64,000 bases of DNA from a virus. Both the position numbers and the translations under genes were made by a program. The DNA is taken from positions 64,001 through 128,000 of the IMG/VR virus record IMGVR_UViG_3300043427_001127. One strand, given 5' to 3'. Below are positions 31,525 to 41,854 of this stretch, piece after piece (positions within the stretch are counted from its first letter, which is position 1; each line of letters opens with the position of its first letter). Under the pieces are notes generated by a model that was not told where the DNA came from, did not search any database, and saw nothing but the letters and a program-made list of their open reading frames with translations.

Positions 31525-32732
31525 GCAAGAATACTCACCTAGAGCATTTAGAAGACAGCATTCTCTTTGATGGTCAAGAGGGTGCTAAAGATGCATTTGC
31601 ATTTCTTGATGCTCTCACCAAAACTTTTAGTGGAACTCAAACAAGTAACTTTAAAATTACTACTAAGTGGGACGGTGCTCCTGCTGTGATCTGTGGTGAA
31701 GATCCTGAAAACCGAGATTTCTTTGTTGGAACTAAATCTGTTTTTAATAAAACAGAACCAAAGATTAACTATACTGATTATCATATTGAAGCAAACCACG
31801 GCAACTCTTCTGGTCTGGTGGATAAACTCAAAGTAGCATTAGAACATTTTCCTAAACTCGGCATCAAAGGAATCATTCAGGGAGATTTGTTATTTACTGA
31901 TGATGCCAAAGAGGAGAAGATTGATGGTGTAGATTATCTTACCTTCACTCCAAACACTATCACCTACGCTATTCCCAAAGGAACGGAAGCATACAAGAAA
32001 GCAAAGCGAGCTAAGATTGGTGTAGTTTTTCACACTCGCTATGTTGGTTCCAGCATTGCAACTTCTAACGCTACGTTTGGAGTTGACATCAGTAAGTTTA
32101 ATAAGACTGATGATGTGTTTGTAATCAGTGCTGAGGTTGATACTCTGGGTAGTAACATGATTCTTAATGCTACAGAAAAAAGAAATCTCAATAACATGAA
32201 AAGAACTGCACCTACTTTTCTTCGCAATGCAGGATCTTTCTTGGATGAGATTTCTGAACAGATTAACTCTAAGGATAACTTAAGCGTTGGCACTCGCCTT
32301 AAAACTTACTTCAATACTTATGTGAGGGAAGGTAAACGTATTAGTAATGTCAATCGTTTTATTAGTGATTTCAAAAATGCTTATCATGAAACGATGATGA
32401 AGGAAGTTAACAAAGTGAAACAGGAAAAGACTAAGGCTGCAAAACTGAAGAAACTCTATGATGGTATTGAGTTCGTGGATTCCAACATCGCTGGATTCAA
32501 GGCAACGATCACTCTCTATGTTATTCTTCAGAATGCTAAGAACATGTTTGTGAAGAAACTAGAATCTGCTGATAGCACTCGCACGTTCCTTCGTACTGAT
32601 GATGGATTCCGTGTTACTGCTCCTGAAGGATTTGTTGCTATTAAAGATGGAAATGCTACCAAGCTTGTTGATCGTTTAGAGTTTAGTTTGGCAAACTTCA
32701 CTCTCGCAAAGAACTGGGTAAAGGGAAACTAA
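31521..32732 (+). CDS. conserved T4-like protein (DUF6267-like) with ATP-dependent ligase-type motifs
   Basis: HLEHLED N-terminus; KWDG, QGDLL, EGFV, KLV. Confidence 0.7.
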   Translation: MSKNTHLEHLEDSILFDGQEGAKDAFAFLDALTKTFSGTQTSNFKITTKWDGAPAVICGEDPENRDFFVGTKSVFNKTEPKINYTDYHIEANHGNSSGLVDKLKVALEHFPKLGIKGIIQGDLLFTDDAKEEKIDGVDYLTFTPNTITYAIPKGTEAYKKAKRAKIGVVFHTRYVGSSIATSNATFGVDISKFNKTDDVFVISAEVDTLGSNMILNATEKRNLNNMKRTAPTFLRNAGSFLDEISEQINSKDNLSVGTRLKTYFNTYVREGKRISNVNRFISDFKNAYHETMMKEVNKVKQEKTKAAKLKKLYDGIEFVDSNIAGFKATITLYVILQNAKNMFVKKLESADSTRTFLRTDDGFRVTAPEGFVAIKDGNATKLVDRLEFSLANFTLAKNWVKGN

Positions 32733-32744
32733 ATACTAATAAAA

Positions 32745-33299
32745 ATGTTTAAGAGAGTAGTCATTACTTTCGGTCGCTTTAATCCTCCCACTATTGGTCA
32801 TGAAAAACTTATTGATGCTGTGGCGAGGATTGCAGGAACCGATGACTATAAAATCTATACCAGTCATACCAAAGACAAGAAGAAGAATCCTCTATCTTCC
32901 GAACAAAAAGTAGGATACATGAAAAAGATGTTTCCGAAACATAAAAATAATATTATGCTTGATACTGATTTGAAGACTATCATTAAAGTTCTTCAGAGTT
33001 TGCAAGGTGAATATTCGGATCTGACTCTTGTTGTTGGTAGTGATCGTGTACAGGAAATGGACACTTTGATCCAGCGTTATAATGGAACGGAGTATACATT
33101 TAGAACTCTTGAAACAAAATCTGCTGGTGAAAGAGATCCTGATGCTGATGGAGCAACTGGAATGTCTGCTAGTAAAATGAGAGAAGCAGCAACGAATGCA
33201 AACGTTGCTGAGTTTCGTAAAGGTATACCATCTACTTTAGACGATAAAGAAATGATGAAACTAATGAAAGAAGTTAGAGAAGGGTTGGGTATTAAATGA
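32745..33299 (+). CDS. HIGH-family nucleotidyltransferase (cytidyltransferase/NadD-like)
   Basis: FGRFNPPTIGH, VVGSDR, MSASKMR. Confidence 0.88.
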   Translation: MFKRVVITFGRFNPPTIGHEKLIDAVARIAGTDDYKIYTSHTKDKKKNPLSSEQKVGYMKKMFPKHKNNIMLDTDLKTIIKVLQSLQGEYSDLTLVVGSDRVQEMDTLIQRYNGTEYTFRTLETKSAGERDPDADGATGMSASKMREAATNANVAEFRKGIPSTLDDKEMMKLMKEVREGLGIK

Positions 33300-33583
33300 A
33301 ATCACTTAAAGAACTGTTAGCGCAATCAAAACAGAAGTCTTTTAGACTTGGGAATGTATTTGCGGAGGGGGATTGGATTCAAAATATTGATGGCGAAGTG
33401 GGAAAGATTCATCGTCGTGGCGTTAACTATGTTATTGCTGTAACTGAAGAAGGTAAAATGTTTCGTGCTTGGGTGAAAGACATTAAAGAACATTGTGGGT
33501 GTGATCATCAAGAAGTATCTGCTAAAGAGAAAGTGAAGTCGTTTATAAATAAAAATAAACGACAAAAGAACAATGACGATTGA
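33296..33583 (+). CDS. hypothetical protein (SH3-like beta domain)
   Basis: GDWI...GKIHRRGVNYVIAVTEEGKMFRAWVKD; overlaps previous stop. Confidence 0.65.
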   Translation: MKSLKELLAQSKQKSFRLGNVFAEGDWIQNIDGEVGKIHRRGVNYVIAVTEEGKMFRAWVKDIKEHCGCDHQEVSAKEKVKSFINKNKRQKNNDD

Positions 33584-34334
33584 CGAGTTCTCAAAACAAC
33601 TGATTGAGAAAGCACTTATTCAGCTAGATGAAAAGGGTAAGTGTAATCACAGCGGTGCTGGATCATCATGTCCTCTACATGGTGATGCTGATTGCAACTC
33701 ATCGAAGCAGAATCGTGCTGAAGAGTTTACTGCTGAAGGCAAGAACAAAGAAGGTAAGGAACAAGGTGCTGACGGCAAAGCTTGTTGGAAAGGTTATAAG
33801 TATGCTGGCACTGAGAACGGAAAAGACAAGTGTGTGAAGGCAGGATACGAAATGGAAGGTGGTGAAGAACTATCCGAAAGGAAAGATATGCCTGGTAACC
33901 AGGAGAAAATTGATGCTAATAAGAATGGTAAAGTGGATGCTCATGATTTTGCTCTTCTTCGCGCTAGAAAATCTAAGAAATCAGTAAAAGAAATGTGGCA
34001 ACAAGCTGCTGATATCGTAGAAGCAAAAAACAAAACAAAGATTGAAGTGATGCCAACTATCAACGACAATCCTACAGAGCAAGGCGAAAAGGAAAGCAGT
34101 GAGATTTCTTCGGATGCCAAGAACTCAAAGTATGACGAAAAGAAAAAGAAGATGAAAGAAGAGGTAGAACCTCTTGAAGAGAAAAAACTATCTGCTAAAG
34201 AAAAGGCAAAGAAAGAAAAGTTTGTTAAGGGAATGAAAAAGAAGTTTGGTTCTTTTAAATCTAAGTATGGTGAGAAAGCAAAAGATGTAATGTATGGAAC
34301 TGCGACTGCCATGGCAAAGAAATCTGCTAAATAG
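33573..34334 (+). CDS. charged modular protein with EF-hand-like loop, probable virion internal protein
   Basis: CWKGYK module, DANKNGKVDAHD, Lys/Glu-rich, YGTATAMAKK. Confidence 0.6.
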   Translation: MTIDEFSKQLIEKALIQLDEKGKCNHSGAGSSCPLHGDADCNSSKQNRAEEFTAEGKNKEGKEQGADGKACWKGYKYAGTENGKDKCVKAGYEMEGGEELSERKDMPGNQEKIDANKNGKVDAHDFALLRARKSKKSVKEMWQQAADIVEAKNKTKIEVMPTINDNPTEQGEKESSEISSDAKNSKYDEKKKKMKEEVEPLEEKKLSAKEKAKKEKFVKGMKKKFGSFKSKYGEKAKDVMYGTATAMAKKSAK

Positions 34335-34361
34335 CTTTAAACTCTCTTAGAGGATACTATC

Positions 34362-34532
34362 ATGGGCGCACTTGTAGAACTAGTAAAACCAATCATCTTC
34401 GCAGCACTCAACAGCTGCCACACCAAGAGACTCGTATGTGATCTACTTGACAGATATGTTGAGAAAACTGACAACGATGTTGACAATGTAATCGCATCAA
34501 CAGTAAGAGTTGCCCTAATGAAGGGTTGCTGA
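34362..34532 (+). CDS. small hypothetical protein (not in ORF track)
   Basis: GAGG RBS; MGALVELVKPIIFAALNSCHTKRLVCDLLDRYVEKTDNDVDNVIASTVRVALMKGC*. Confidence 0.7.
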   Translation: MGALVELVKPIIFAALNSCHTKRLVCDLLDRYVEKTDNDVDNVIASTVRVALMKGC

Positions 34533-34552
34533 TAAAAAATAATAAGTGTCTT

Positions 34553-34578
34553 AGGGATGCTTAGGCATCCCTTTTTTT
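34553..34578 (+). terminator. Rho-independent terminator
   Basis: AGGGATGC-TTAG-GCATCCCT + T run, followed by late promoter TATAAATA. Confidence 0.85.
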
Positions 34579-34620
34579 ATAAATACTTTTTAGAATACGA
34601 ATATTTTATAGAGGAAACCG

Positions 34621-35742
34621 ATGGCAATTTTCGGAACAATCGACGCGAAGGCGTTGGCAAATAATGTTAGTGTTGCAAATGGTAGCACGACGGTAACAAC
34701 AACTGGTGATTTTACTGACAGAACTTCCGCTAACTTTGTTCAGAATGGAGATGTTCTTTCCCTTGGTGGTGTGCAATATACGGTTGAGTCAGTAGTTTCG
34801 GCAACATCACTTAAACTCAGAACAGCATATGCAGGTTCAACTGGAACCGTTCTTGCTGCTAATGCTATTCGCAGAACTCCTCCAAAAGAAGTTGCTACTC
34901 TTCTTCTTGACGAGAATGGTCAACTAGCACACTTCCCAACAGGAACAAATCTTATCTTCATCGATGACACTGAAGCTGCTCTAGATGAGAATAAGATTCG
35001 TGGTCTTAAGTGGCCAGGTTGGTGGGCATATAGAACCTATACTGATGGCGATGGCAATACTCGTCATAAGGCAGAATGTCTAGCATTCGCTAATGCAACT
35101 GCTGGAGCATCTGTTGGTGACTATGGTACTGCCCAAGGTGGAACTGAAGATAATCCTGCTGCTGATGTAGCATCCGCTATTAGCATTTCAGCACAACCTT
35201 CCAACCAGTCAACACAAGCACCAGCTGGTGGTATTCTAACGGTTGACACTATTGGCGCTGCTGATGCACTCAGAACTGCTGGCACATACACCATCACTGC
35301 TTCTGATTACACAACAGACGCTGCTGGAACTGGCGCTACATTCAGTGTAGTTGTTAATGGTTCTGGTGCTGCTACTGTAACAGTAACTGGTGCTGGTTCT
35401 GGTTTCGTTGTTGACGAGACAATCACTATCCTTGATGCTGAACTAGGTGGTGGCGGCGCTGCTGCTCTAACCTTTGATGTTGCTACTGTTGCAACCGCTG
35501 CTGCTACATTCTCAGTTACTGCTTCCGCTACAACTGGTTCTCTAACCTATCAGTGGCAAGTTCAAACTGCTGCGTCTACAACGAAGTGGACCAACATCTC
35601 TGGTGCTACTTCCGCTTCGCTTGCTCTTACTGGTCTCTCAACTTCAGATACTGGTAAGAAGTATAGAGTTAAGGTTGGTGGTTCTGCAGGTGGTGAGGAA
35701 GTTATTTCCAACACCGCAACTCTTACTGTAACTGCTGCTTGA
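34621..35742 (+). CDS. virion structural protein with Ig-like C-terminal domain
   Basis: Ala/Thr/Gly-rich; WWAYRTYTDGDGNTRHKAE; YQWQ...GKKYRV Ig-like pattern; late promoter. Confidence 0.75.
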   Translation: MAIFGTIDAKALANNVSVANGSTTVTTTGDFTDRTSANFVQNGDVLSLGGVQYTVESVVSATSLKLRTAYAGSTGTVLAANAIRRTPPKEVATLLLDENGQLAHFPTGTNLIFIDDTEAALDENKIRGLKWPGWWAYRTYTDGDGNTRHKAECLAFANATAGASVGDYGTAQGGTEDNPAADVASAISISAQPSNQSTQAPAGGILTVDTIGAADALRTAGTYTITASDYTTDAAGTGATFSVVVNGSGAATVTVTGAGSGFVVDETITILDAELGGGGAAALTFDVATVATAAATFSVTASATTGSLTYQWQVQTAASTTKWTNISGATSASLALTGLSTSDTGKKYRVKVGGSAGGEEVISNTATLTVTAA

Positions 35743-35748
35743 TGATAT

Positions 35749-36108
35749 ATGATTTTTCATGAGTTGACTCCAGATAACTGGTTGATGTTCGCAATCAAAA
35801 ACTACAACAACCCGTTATCTGTTACATATGATGACTTTGAAGAAGACCTTCAAAAGTTTAAATATATAAAGAGATTACTTCGACGCTATGATACTACTGG
35901 TGAGTTGAAACATCATTTGATTCTTAATCATATGATTACTCTATATAATGTTTTTAATGATGCAGCAACGCTGCTTCTATTCTATAAAATAGAATCACAA
36001 TACTGGTCGATTTTGAAAGCATTTATGATATTTTTGAATAGATTGCCAGAAGAAGTAGACAAATCAGATATGGATGAGCAATGTCTAAAAATGTTAATGC
36101 TAATATGA
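35749..36108 (+). CDS. conserved T4-like hypothetical protein
   Basis: FAIKNYNNP...FKYIKRLLRRY...LILNH...LYNVF. Confidence 0.75.
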   Translation: MIFHELTPDNWLMFAIKNYNNPLSVTYDDFEEDLQKFKYIKRLLRRYDTTGELKHHLILNHMITLYNVFNDAATLLLFYKIESQYWSILKAFMIFLNRLPEEVDKSDMDEQCLKMLMLI

Positions 36109-36827
36109 ATGAAATGATGGCAGGTGATGGATCGTCACTAGCACTTCCTCCTGCCTTTGTCTTTGTTAACACAGCAAAGAAAAAGAAAAACTTGAAAAAG
36201 ACCAAAGATGAAAAGATTGATGGTCGCAAGAAAAGTGCTAGAAAACTAATCCAACGTGTAATGTCTAGGAGAACAACTAAAATGTCCGAAGAGAATATGG
36301 AAAATATTTCGGAAGCAACATCCGAAACCGAAAAGGCACAGAAGCAAATCAAAGCTTCTAAGCAGATGAGAGCAAAGAGAGAACTTCAATCAAAGCGCAC
36401 TGCTGCTAAGCAACAAGCACAAGACAAGTCAGATGAAATGAATACTCTGCTTCGTGCTCGTATGTCTGATTTCAAAAAGAAATCTGCCCAGAAGCAACAG
36501 AGAGCATCAAAACAAATCATGAAGAAAGAGGAAGTTGAAATGATTTCTCAACCTAGAACTGGTTCTGCTGGCGGCGTAGATGTATTCACTACAGCAATGA
36601 AAGTTGCTGAAGAGGGTAGCAGCTGGGGTAGAGATCCAGAGACATCATTTGCAAATCTTGTGTTCCAAGATGGCACTGGCGGCAGAATCGGTGTCTTCGA
36701 TGCCAAGAGAATCCTAGCAACTTATGAAGGTTTATCACCAGAGAACAGAGATAAGTTTCGCGTCATGCTAAACATGAGTGCTTCATCTTATCAAAAGGCT
36801 CTTGACTTTGCCGTTCGTAACGTTTGA
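36105..36827 (+). CDS. hypothetical basic coiled-coil protein
   Basis: Lys-rich, DGRKK motif. Confidence 0.65.
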   Translation: MNEMMAGDGSSLALPPAFVFVNTAKKKKNLKKTKDEKIDGRKKSARKLIQRVMSRRTTKMSEENMENISEATSETEKAQKQIKASKQMRAKRELQSKRTAAKQQAQDKSDEMNTLLRARMSDFKKKSAQKQQRASKQIMKKEEVEMISQPRTGSAGGVDVFTTAMKVAEEGSSWGRDPETSFANLVFQDGTGGRIGVFDAKRILATYEGLSPENRDKFRVMLNMSASSYQKALDFAVRNV

Positions 36828-36840
36828 TGCAGAGGAAGAG

Positions 36841-37260
36841 ATGTTTAACGGAAACTCAAAACTAGATGTATTGGAATCTAAATTAAACATCTACGAATCA
36901 CTCTCAAGGGAGATGCTAGACAAGTTGGAAACAGCAGTAGATAAAATCTCTGATGCAAATCAGCGTATTGCTAACATTCTGACAAAACATGATGAACGTA
37001 TTGAACAAAGTATAAAGACAGACGAACTCATTATCAAAATGATTGAGGATGTCAAGCACCAAAACTCAGTAGAACATTCTGCAGTCATCAAAAGACTGGA
37101 GACAGTTGAAAACAACGTTAACGAGTTATCAAAGTTCAAATGGCAGGCAGCGGCTCTTGTGGGCGCTGCCGTTTTGCTTGTGGGGTTGGTCGTTCCCTTT
37201 GTTGACAACATGCTCGGATCGCACTATAATGGGGGTAACCAGCAGACCATCGTTAGATAA
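36841..37260 (+). CDS. coiled-coil protein with C-terminal TM helix
   Basis: KLETAVDKI, HDERI, hydrophobic AAALVGAAVLLVGLVV. Confidence 0.7.
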   Translation: MFNGNSKLDVLESKLNIYESLSREMLDKLETAVDKISDANQRIANILTKHDERIEQSIKTDELIIKMIEDVKHQNSVEHSAVIKRLETVENNVNELSKFKWQAAALVGAAVLLVGLVVPFVDNMLGSHYNGGNQQTIVR

Positions 37261-38246
37261 TGAACTACATTGACACCAAATATATTGGTTTGGTCTCTTC
37301 GCAACTCCTTAAGTTTACCGAGAAAAAGAAAGGAACATACAACTTCCGCTGTCCCTACTGTGGTGACTCCGAGAAGAAGCAGAATAAAGCACGAGGCTAT
37401 CTCTTCACCATGAGGGATAGTTTTGTTTTCAAGTGCCATAACTGTGGCGTCACTCGTAACTTCTCACAGTTTCTGAAGGATCAGAACACCATGCTCCATG
37501 ATGAGTATGTACTGGAGCGTTATAAGGAAGGCATGACAGGCAAGAACTATCAGGTCAAGACTCCTGATTTCAAACCGTTTGTTTCCAAACCAGTATTTAA
37601 AAAAAATATTTTTAGTGACCTCTCAACCATCGAATCACTAAATAGTACACACCCAGCAAAGCAATATCTGCTCGCACGAAAGATACCAGAGAAATACTTC
37701 TCAAACTTCTATTACGCAGAAGACTTCAACGCTTGGGAGAATAATAAAAATACAATTAAAGAAGCACGAATTATACTCCCACTAATCTCGGAAGATGGAA
37801 ATGTATTTGGATATCAAGCAAGGTCTCTTAATAAGAATGCAAGCCTTCGCTATATCACTACCATCTTGGATAAGAAATACCCTAAACTATTTGGACTTGA
37901 TCGTATAAACAAAAATGAAAACATCTACGTCACAGAGGGTCCGTTTGACTCTCTTTTCTTGTCTAATGGATTGGCGATGTGTGGCGCTGATGTTGTACTT
38001 GACAGGGTATCTTACCCTCATCGCACATTTGTTTACGACAACGAACCCAGAAACAAACAAATCGTTGAACGATACGAGAGGTGTATTGATAAAGGAGAAA
38101 GCATTGTAATCTGGCCTGAATCAGTCAAAGAAAAAGATATCAATGACATGGTTCTAGCTGGACATGATGTACAATCCATGGTAGAATGTAACACCTATAA
38201 TGGTTTAGAAGCAAAAGTAAAACTTAGTCTTTGGAAGAAAATATGA
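37260..38246 (+). CDS. gp61: DNA primase
   Basis: CPYCGDS...CHNC zinc finger, EGPFDS TOPRIM, DNEPRN, KDINDM. Confidence 0.97.
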   Translation: MNYIDTKYIGLVSSQLLKFTEKKKGTYNFRCPYCGDSEKKQNKARGYLFTMRDSFVFKCHNCGVTRNFSQFLKDQNTMLHDEYVLERYKEGMTGKNYQVKTPDFKPFVSKPVFKKNIFSDLSTIESLNSTHPAKQYLLARKIPEKYFSNFYYAEDFNAWENNKNTIKEARIILPLISEDGNVFGYQARSLNKNASLRYITTILDKKYPKLFGLDRINKNENIYVTEGPFDSLFLSNGLAMCGADVVLDRVSYPHRTFVYDNEPRNKQIVERYERCIDKGESIVIWPESVKEKDINDMVLAGHDVQSMVECNTYNGLEAKVKLSLWKKI

Positions 38247-40558
38247 GCAACGGAATCAAAGTTAAAAAGCGTGACGGTTCTACAGAATCCCTTAACCTTG
38301 ATAAGATTCACAGTATGGTAGAATGTGCTTGTGGCGGACTCGCTGGAGTGTCCCCATCACAAGTAGAAATCAACTCTGGTATTCAGTTTTATGATGGCAT
38401 TAGCACTAATGAAATCCAAGAAATCCTTGTTAGGTCAGCTAGTGACCTTATTGACCTTGACACTCCAAACTATCAGTTTGTTGCTGCTCGTCTTCTCCTG
38501 TTCGGTCTATATAAGCAAGTCTTTGGAAATGATTGGAAGCACGGTTTCCCCACAGTAGGAGAGCATCTTACCAAAGGCATTCTAAAAGGTATCTACGACA
38601 AGCAACTGGCTGCTAAGTATACCGATGAGGAGTGGGATAAGATTAATAGTTTCATTGACCATGATCGTGACTATCTCTTCACATATGCTGGTCTTCGCCA
38701 GGTTGTAGATAAATATCTGGTGCAGGATAGAAGCAGCGGAAGTGTCTTTGAGACACCACAATACGCTTATATGTTGGTTTCAGCAACCATCTTCGCAGAG
38801 TATCCTCAGGTAAATCGTCTATCTTATGTCAAGCGATACTATGACGCAATCAGCAAGCACAAAATCAACGTGCCAACTCCCATCCTTGCAGGAGTTAGGA
38901 CGCCTCTGCGACAGTTCGCTAGTTGTGTGCTGGTTGATTCTGATGACACCCTTGATAGCATCTTCAGTAGCGACATGGCTATTGGTCGCTATGTTGCTCA
39001 AAGGGCGGGCATCGGTATCAACGCAGGCAGAATCCGCGCTCTCAACTCTAAAATTCGAGGTGGCGAAGTCAGCCACACTGGTGTTATACCGTTTCTCAAA
39101 AAGTTTGAAAGCACTGTCCGTTGCTGTACGCAAAATGGTATACGAGGAGGAAGCGCGACAGTCCACTTCCCAATCTGGCACAGGGAAATAGAAGATATCC
39201 TAGTATTAAAAAATAACAAAGGAACTGAGGATAACCGCGTTCGTAAGTTAGACTACAGTATTCAAATCAGCAAACTGTTCTATGAGCGATTCATCCGTAA
39301 CGAAGACATCTCTCTCTTCTCACCACATGACGTGCCTGGTCTTTCAGATGCTTTTGGGCTTGCTGGTTTTGACGAGTTGTATGGCGTTTACGAACGAGAT
39401 GCTTCTATTCCAAGAAAAACTATTGGCGCTCAAGAACTATTTCTTTCACTCCTAAAAGAAAGAGCAGAGACTGGTCGTATCTACATCATGAATATCGACC
39501 ACTGTAACGAGCATTCTTCTTTCAAAGATAAAGTTTGGATGAGTAACCTCTGCCAAGAGATTACCCTGCCAACTAATCCTCTGCAGCACATTGATGATAT
39601 TAATGGTGAGATTGCCCTGTGCATTCTGTCTGCTGTTAACGTAGGTAAGATTAAGCACCTAGACGACCTAGAAGAACTCTGTGACCTCTCTGTGAGGGCG
39701 CTGGACGAGTTGATTGATTACCAAGAGTATCCTGTGGTTGCTGCTGAAGCATCCACCCGTAACCGCCGCTCACTGGGCATTGGTTACATCGGACTGGCAC
39801 ACTGGTTAGCTCGTCATCAGGTTAAGTATTCTGATGGTGCTGCTGCTCATCTTGTGCATGGTCTGACTGAAGCATTCCAGTATTATCTGCTGAAGGCTTC
39901 TAATCAACTTGCTATTGAGAAGGGCAAGTGTGGTTACTTTGATCGTACTAAATATGCCGATGGGATTCTTCCCATTGACACCTACAAGAAAGATGTAGAC
40001 GAAATCGTACCTAATGTCCTCCATTATGATTGGGATAAGCTCAGGGAATCTATTAAACAGCACGGTCTTAGGAACTCAACACTGTCCGCACAGATGCCTT
40101 CGGAGAGCAGTTCCGTTGTGTCAAACGAGACAAACGGAATCGAACCTCCCCGTGCCTTCCTGTCCGTTAAGAAGTCCAAGAAAGGGGTTCTTAAGCAGAT
40201 TGTCCCCCAGTATCAAACTCTTAAGAATGCTTATACGCTTCTTTGGGATATGCCTGACAATACTGGTTATATCAATATTGTTGCTGTTATGCAGAAGTTC
40301 TTTGATCAGGCAATCTCGGGTAACTGGTCGTATAATCCAGAGCATTATGCCGATAATGAAGTACCTGTGTCGGTAATGGCACAAGACCTACTTAACACAT
40401 ACAAATATGGATGGAAGACATCTTATTATCAGAACACATATGATATTAAGAAAGATGATGTTGAGGATGATGAAAAGAAAAAATCGTTAGAAAATCTACT
40501 TAATTCAATCTTAGAAGGAGCACAAGAGGAGGAAGACTGTGACAGTTGCAAAATTTAA
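38243..40558 (+). CDS. nrdA: class Ia ribonucleotide reductase alpha
   Basis: ATP cone VKKRDG, PTP, SNLCQEI, C-terminal CDSC; no intron or intein. Confidence 0.98.
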   Translation: MSNGIKVKKRDGSTESLNLDKIHSMVECACGGLAGVSPSQVEINSGIQFYDGISTNEIQEILVRSASDLIDLDTPNYQFVAARLLLFGLYKQVFGNDWKHGFPTVGEHLTKGILKGIYDKQLAAKYTDEEWDKINSFIDHDRDYLFTYAGLRQVVDKYLVQDRSSGSVFETPQYAYMLVSATIFAEYPQVNRLSYVKRYYDAISKHKINVPTPILAGVRTPLRQFASCVLVDSDDTLDSIFSSDMAIGRYVAQRAGIGINAGRIRALNSKIRGGEVSHTGVIPFLKKFESTVRCCTQNGIRGGSATVHFPIWHREIEDILVLKNNKGTEDNRVRKLDYSIQISKLFYERFIRNEDISLFSPHDVPGLSDAFGLAGFDELYGVYERDASIPRKTIGAQELFLSLLKERAETGRIYIMNIDHCNEHSSFKDKVWMSNLCQEITLPTNPLQHIDDINGEIALCILSAVNVGKIKHLDDLEELCDLSVRALDELIDYQEYPVVAAEASTRNRRSLGIGYIGLAHWLARHQVKYSDGAAAHLVHGLTEAFQYYLLKASNQLAIEKGKCGYFDRTKYADGILPIDTYKKDVDEIVPNVLHYDWDKLRESIKQHGLRNSTLSAQMPSESSSVVSNETNGIEPPRAFLSVKKSKKGVLKQIVPQYQTLKNAYTLLWDMPDNTGYINIVAVMQKFFDQAISGNWSYNPEHYADNEVPVSVMAQDLLNTYKYGWKTSYYQNTYDIKKDDVEDDEKKKSLENLLNSILEGAQEEEDCDSCKI

Positions 40559-41720
40559 ACTAACCGAGACCACCCCAACTGTAGAAGGGATGACTGTTTT
40601 TAATACAAAACGTGTAGATGTAAAGAAGCAACCGATGTTCTTCGGTGCTCCACTGGGAGTTCAGAGGTATGATACGTTTAAGTATCCTATCTTTGACAAG
40701 CTAACTCAACAACAACTTGGATACTTCTGGAGACCTGAAGAGGTCTCCCTCCAGAAGGATCGTGCTGACTATGCCACCCTTCGCCCAGAGCAGAAGCATA
40801 TCTATACTGCTAATCTAAAGTATCAGATTATGCTTGACTCTGTTCAGGGTCGTGGTCCTGGTATGGCATTCATTCCCTACTGTTCTCTCCCAGAACTAGA
40901 GTCAGCGATGACTATCTGGGAGACGATGGAGATGATTCACAGTCGCTCGTATACATACATTATTAAAAATATCTATTCTGACCCATCGGAAGTATTTGAT
41001 ACTATCCTTGATGATCAGAATATCCTTGATAGAGCGAAAAGCGTAACAGAAGCATACGATGATTTCATTCGTGCTGCCCAAGAGTATTCTTCGGGCAATC
41101 AATGGCAGCATCAACTAGAAGGAGTTCCTGCTGCACAACAGACTCTCTATGATTTGAAGCGTAAACTCTATCGTGCAGTGATTAATGTAAACATTTTAGA
41201 GGGGATTAGATTCTATGTTTCGTTCGCATGTTCGTTCGCTTTTGGCGAACTTAAGCTTATGGAGGGATCCGCTAAGATTATCTCTCTCATCGCCAGAGAC
41301 GAAAGCCAACATCTTGTCCTTACGCAAAACATTATCAAAAACTGGCTTAATGGAGATGACCCAGACATTCTTCAAATCGCTAAAGAAGAAGAAGCATGGA
41401 CAGTAGAGCAGTTTAAAAAGACTGTTGATGAAGAGAAAGCATGGGCGCAGTATCTATTCAAAGATGGTAGCATCATTGGATTGAATGATAAGTTGCTCAA
41501 CTCTTATGTTGAGTATATTGCCAACCGTCGTATGCGAGCGATTGGTTTGAAGCCTGTGTTTGATACTCCTATGTCAAATAATCCACTGCCTTGGACTCAG
41601 CACTGGTTGTCATCTAAGGGTCTGCAAGTTGCACCACAGGAGACTGAGGTAGAGTCCTATGTCATTGGAGGTATTAAACAGGATGTTAAGAAAGATACTT
41701 TCGCTGGTTTTAAACTGTGA
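40539..41720 (+). CDS. nrdB: ribonucleotide reductase beta
   Basis: FWRPEE, EMIHSRSY, EGIRFY, RDESQH, APQETE. Confidence 0.98.
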   Translation: MTVAKFKLTETTPTVEGMTVFNTKRVDVKKQPMFFGAPLGVQRYDTFKYPIFDKLTQQQLGYFWRPEEVSLQKDRADYATLRPEQKHIYTANLKYQIMLDSVQGRGPGMAFIPYCSLPELESAMTIWETMEMIHSRSYTYIIKNIYSDPSEVFDTILDDQNILDRAKSVTEAYDDFIRAAQEYSSGNQWQHQLEGVPAAQQTLYDLKRKLYRAVINVNILEGIRFYVSFACSFAFGELKLMEGSAKIISLIARDESQHLVLTQNIIKNWLNGDDPDILQIAKEEEAWTVEQFKKTVDEEKAWAQYLFKDGSIIGLNDKLLNSYVEYIANRRMRAIGLKPVFDTPMSNNPLPWTQHWLSSKGLQVAPQETEVESYVIGGIKQDVKKDTFAGFKL

Positions 41721-41854
41721 AAAAGAAAAAGCTTCAAAAGATTCAAAAGAAACTGGAGGAGCAGCAACAAAATATAGAGAATCTAAACCATCAGCAACGG
41801 TGGATGCTAAAGATTCTAATGGAAAAATACCAGATCCCTGGTTCAACTGAATAG

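Noticed and set aside
32745-33583. Sequencing frameshift splitting a longer cytidyltransferase
   Set aside because: Junction is a clean ATGA start/stop overlap, consistent with two genuine coupled genes; no evidence of error.
41659-41854. Small ORF(s) after nrdB with G_AAA_AAG runs (possible frameshift)
   Set aside because: Two competing frames (GTG 41717-41854 vs the frame ending IPDPWFN); imperfect slippery site and no clear stimulator, so it cannot be resolved.
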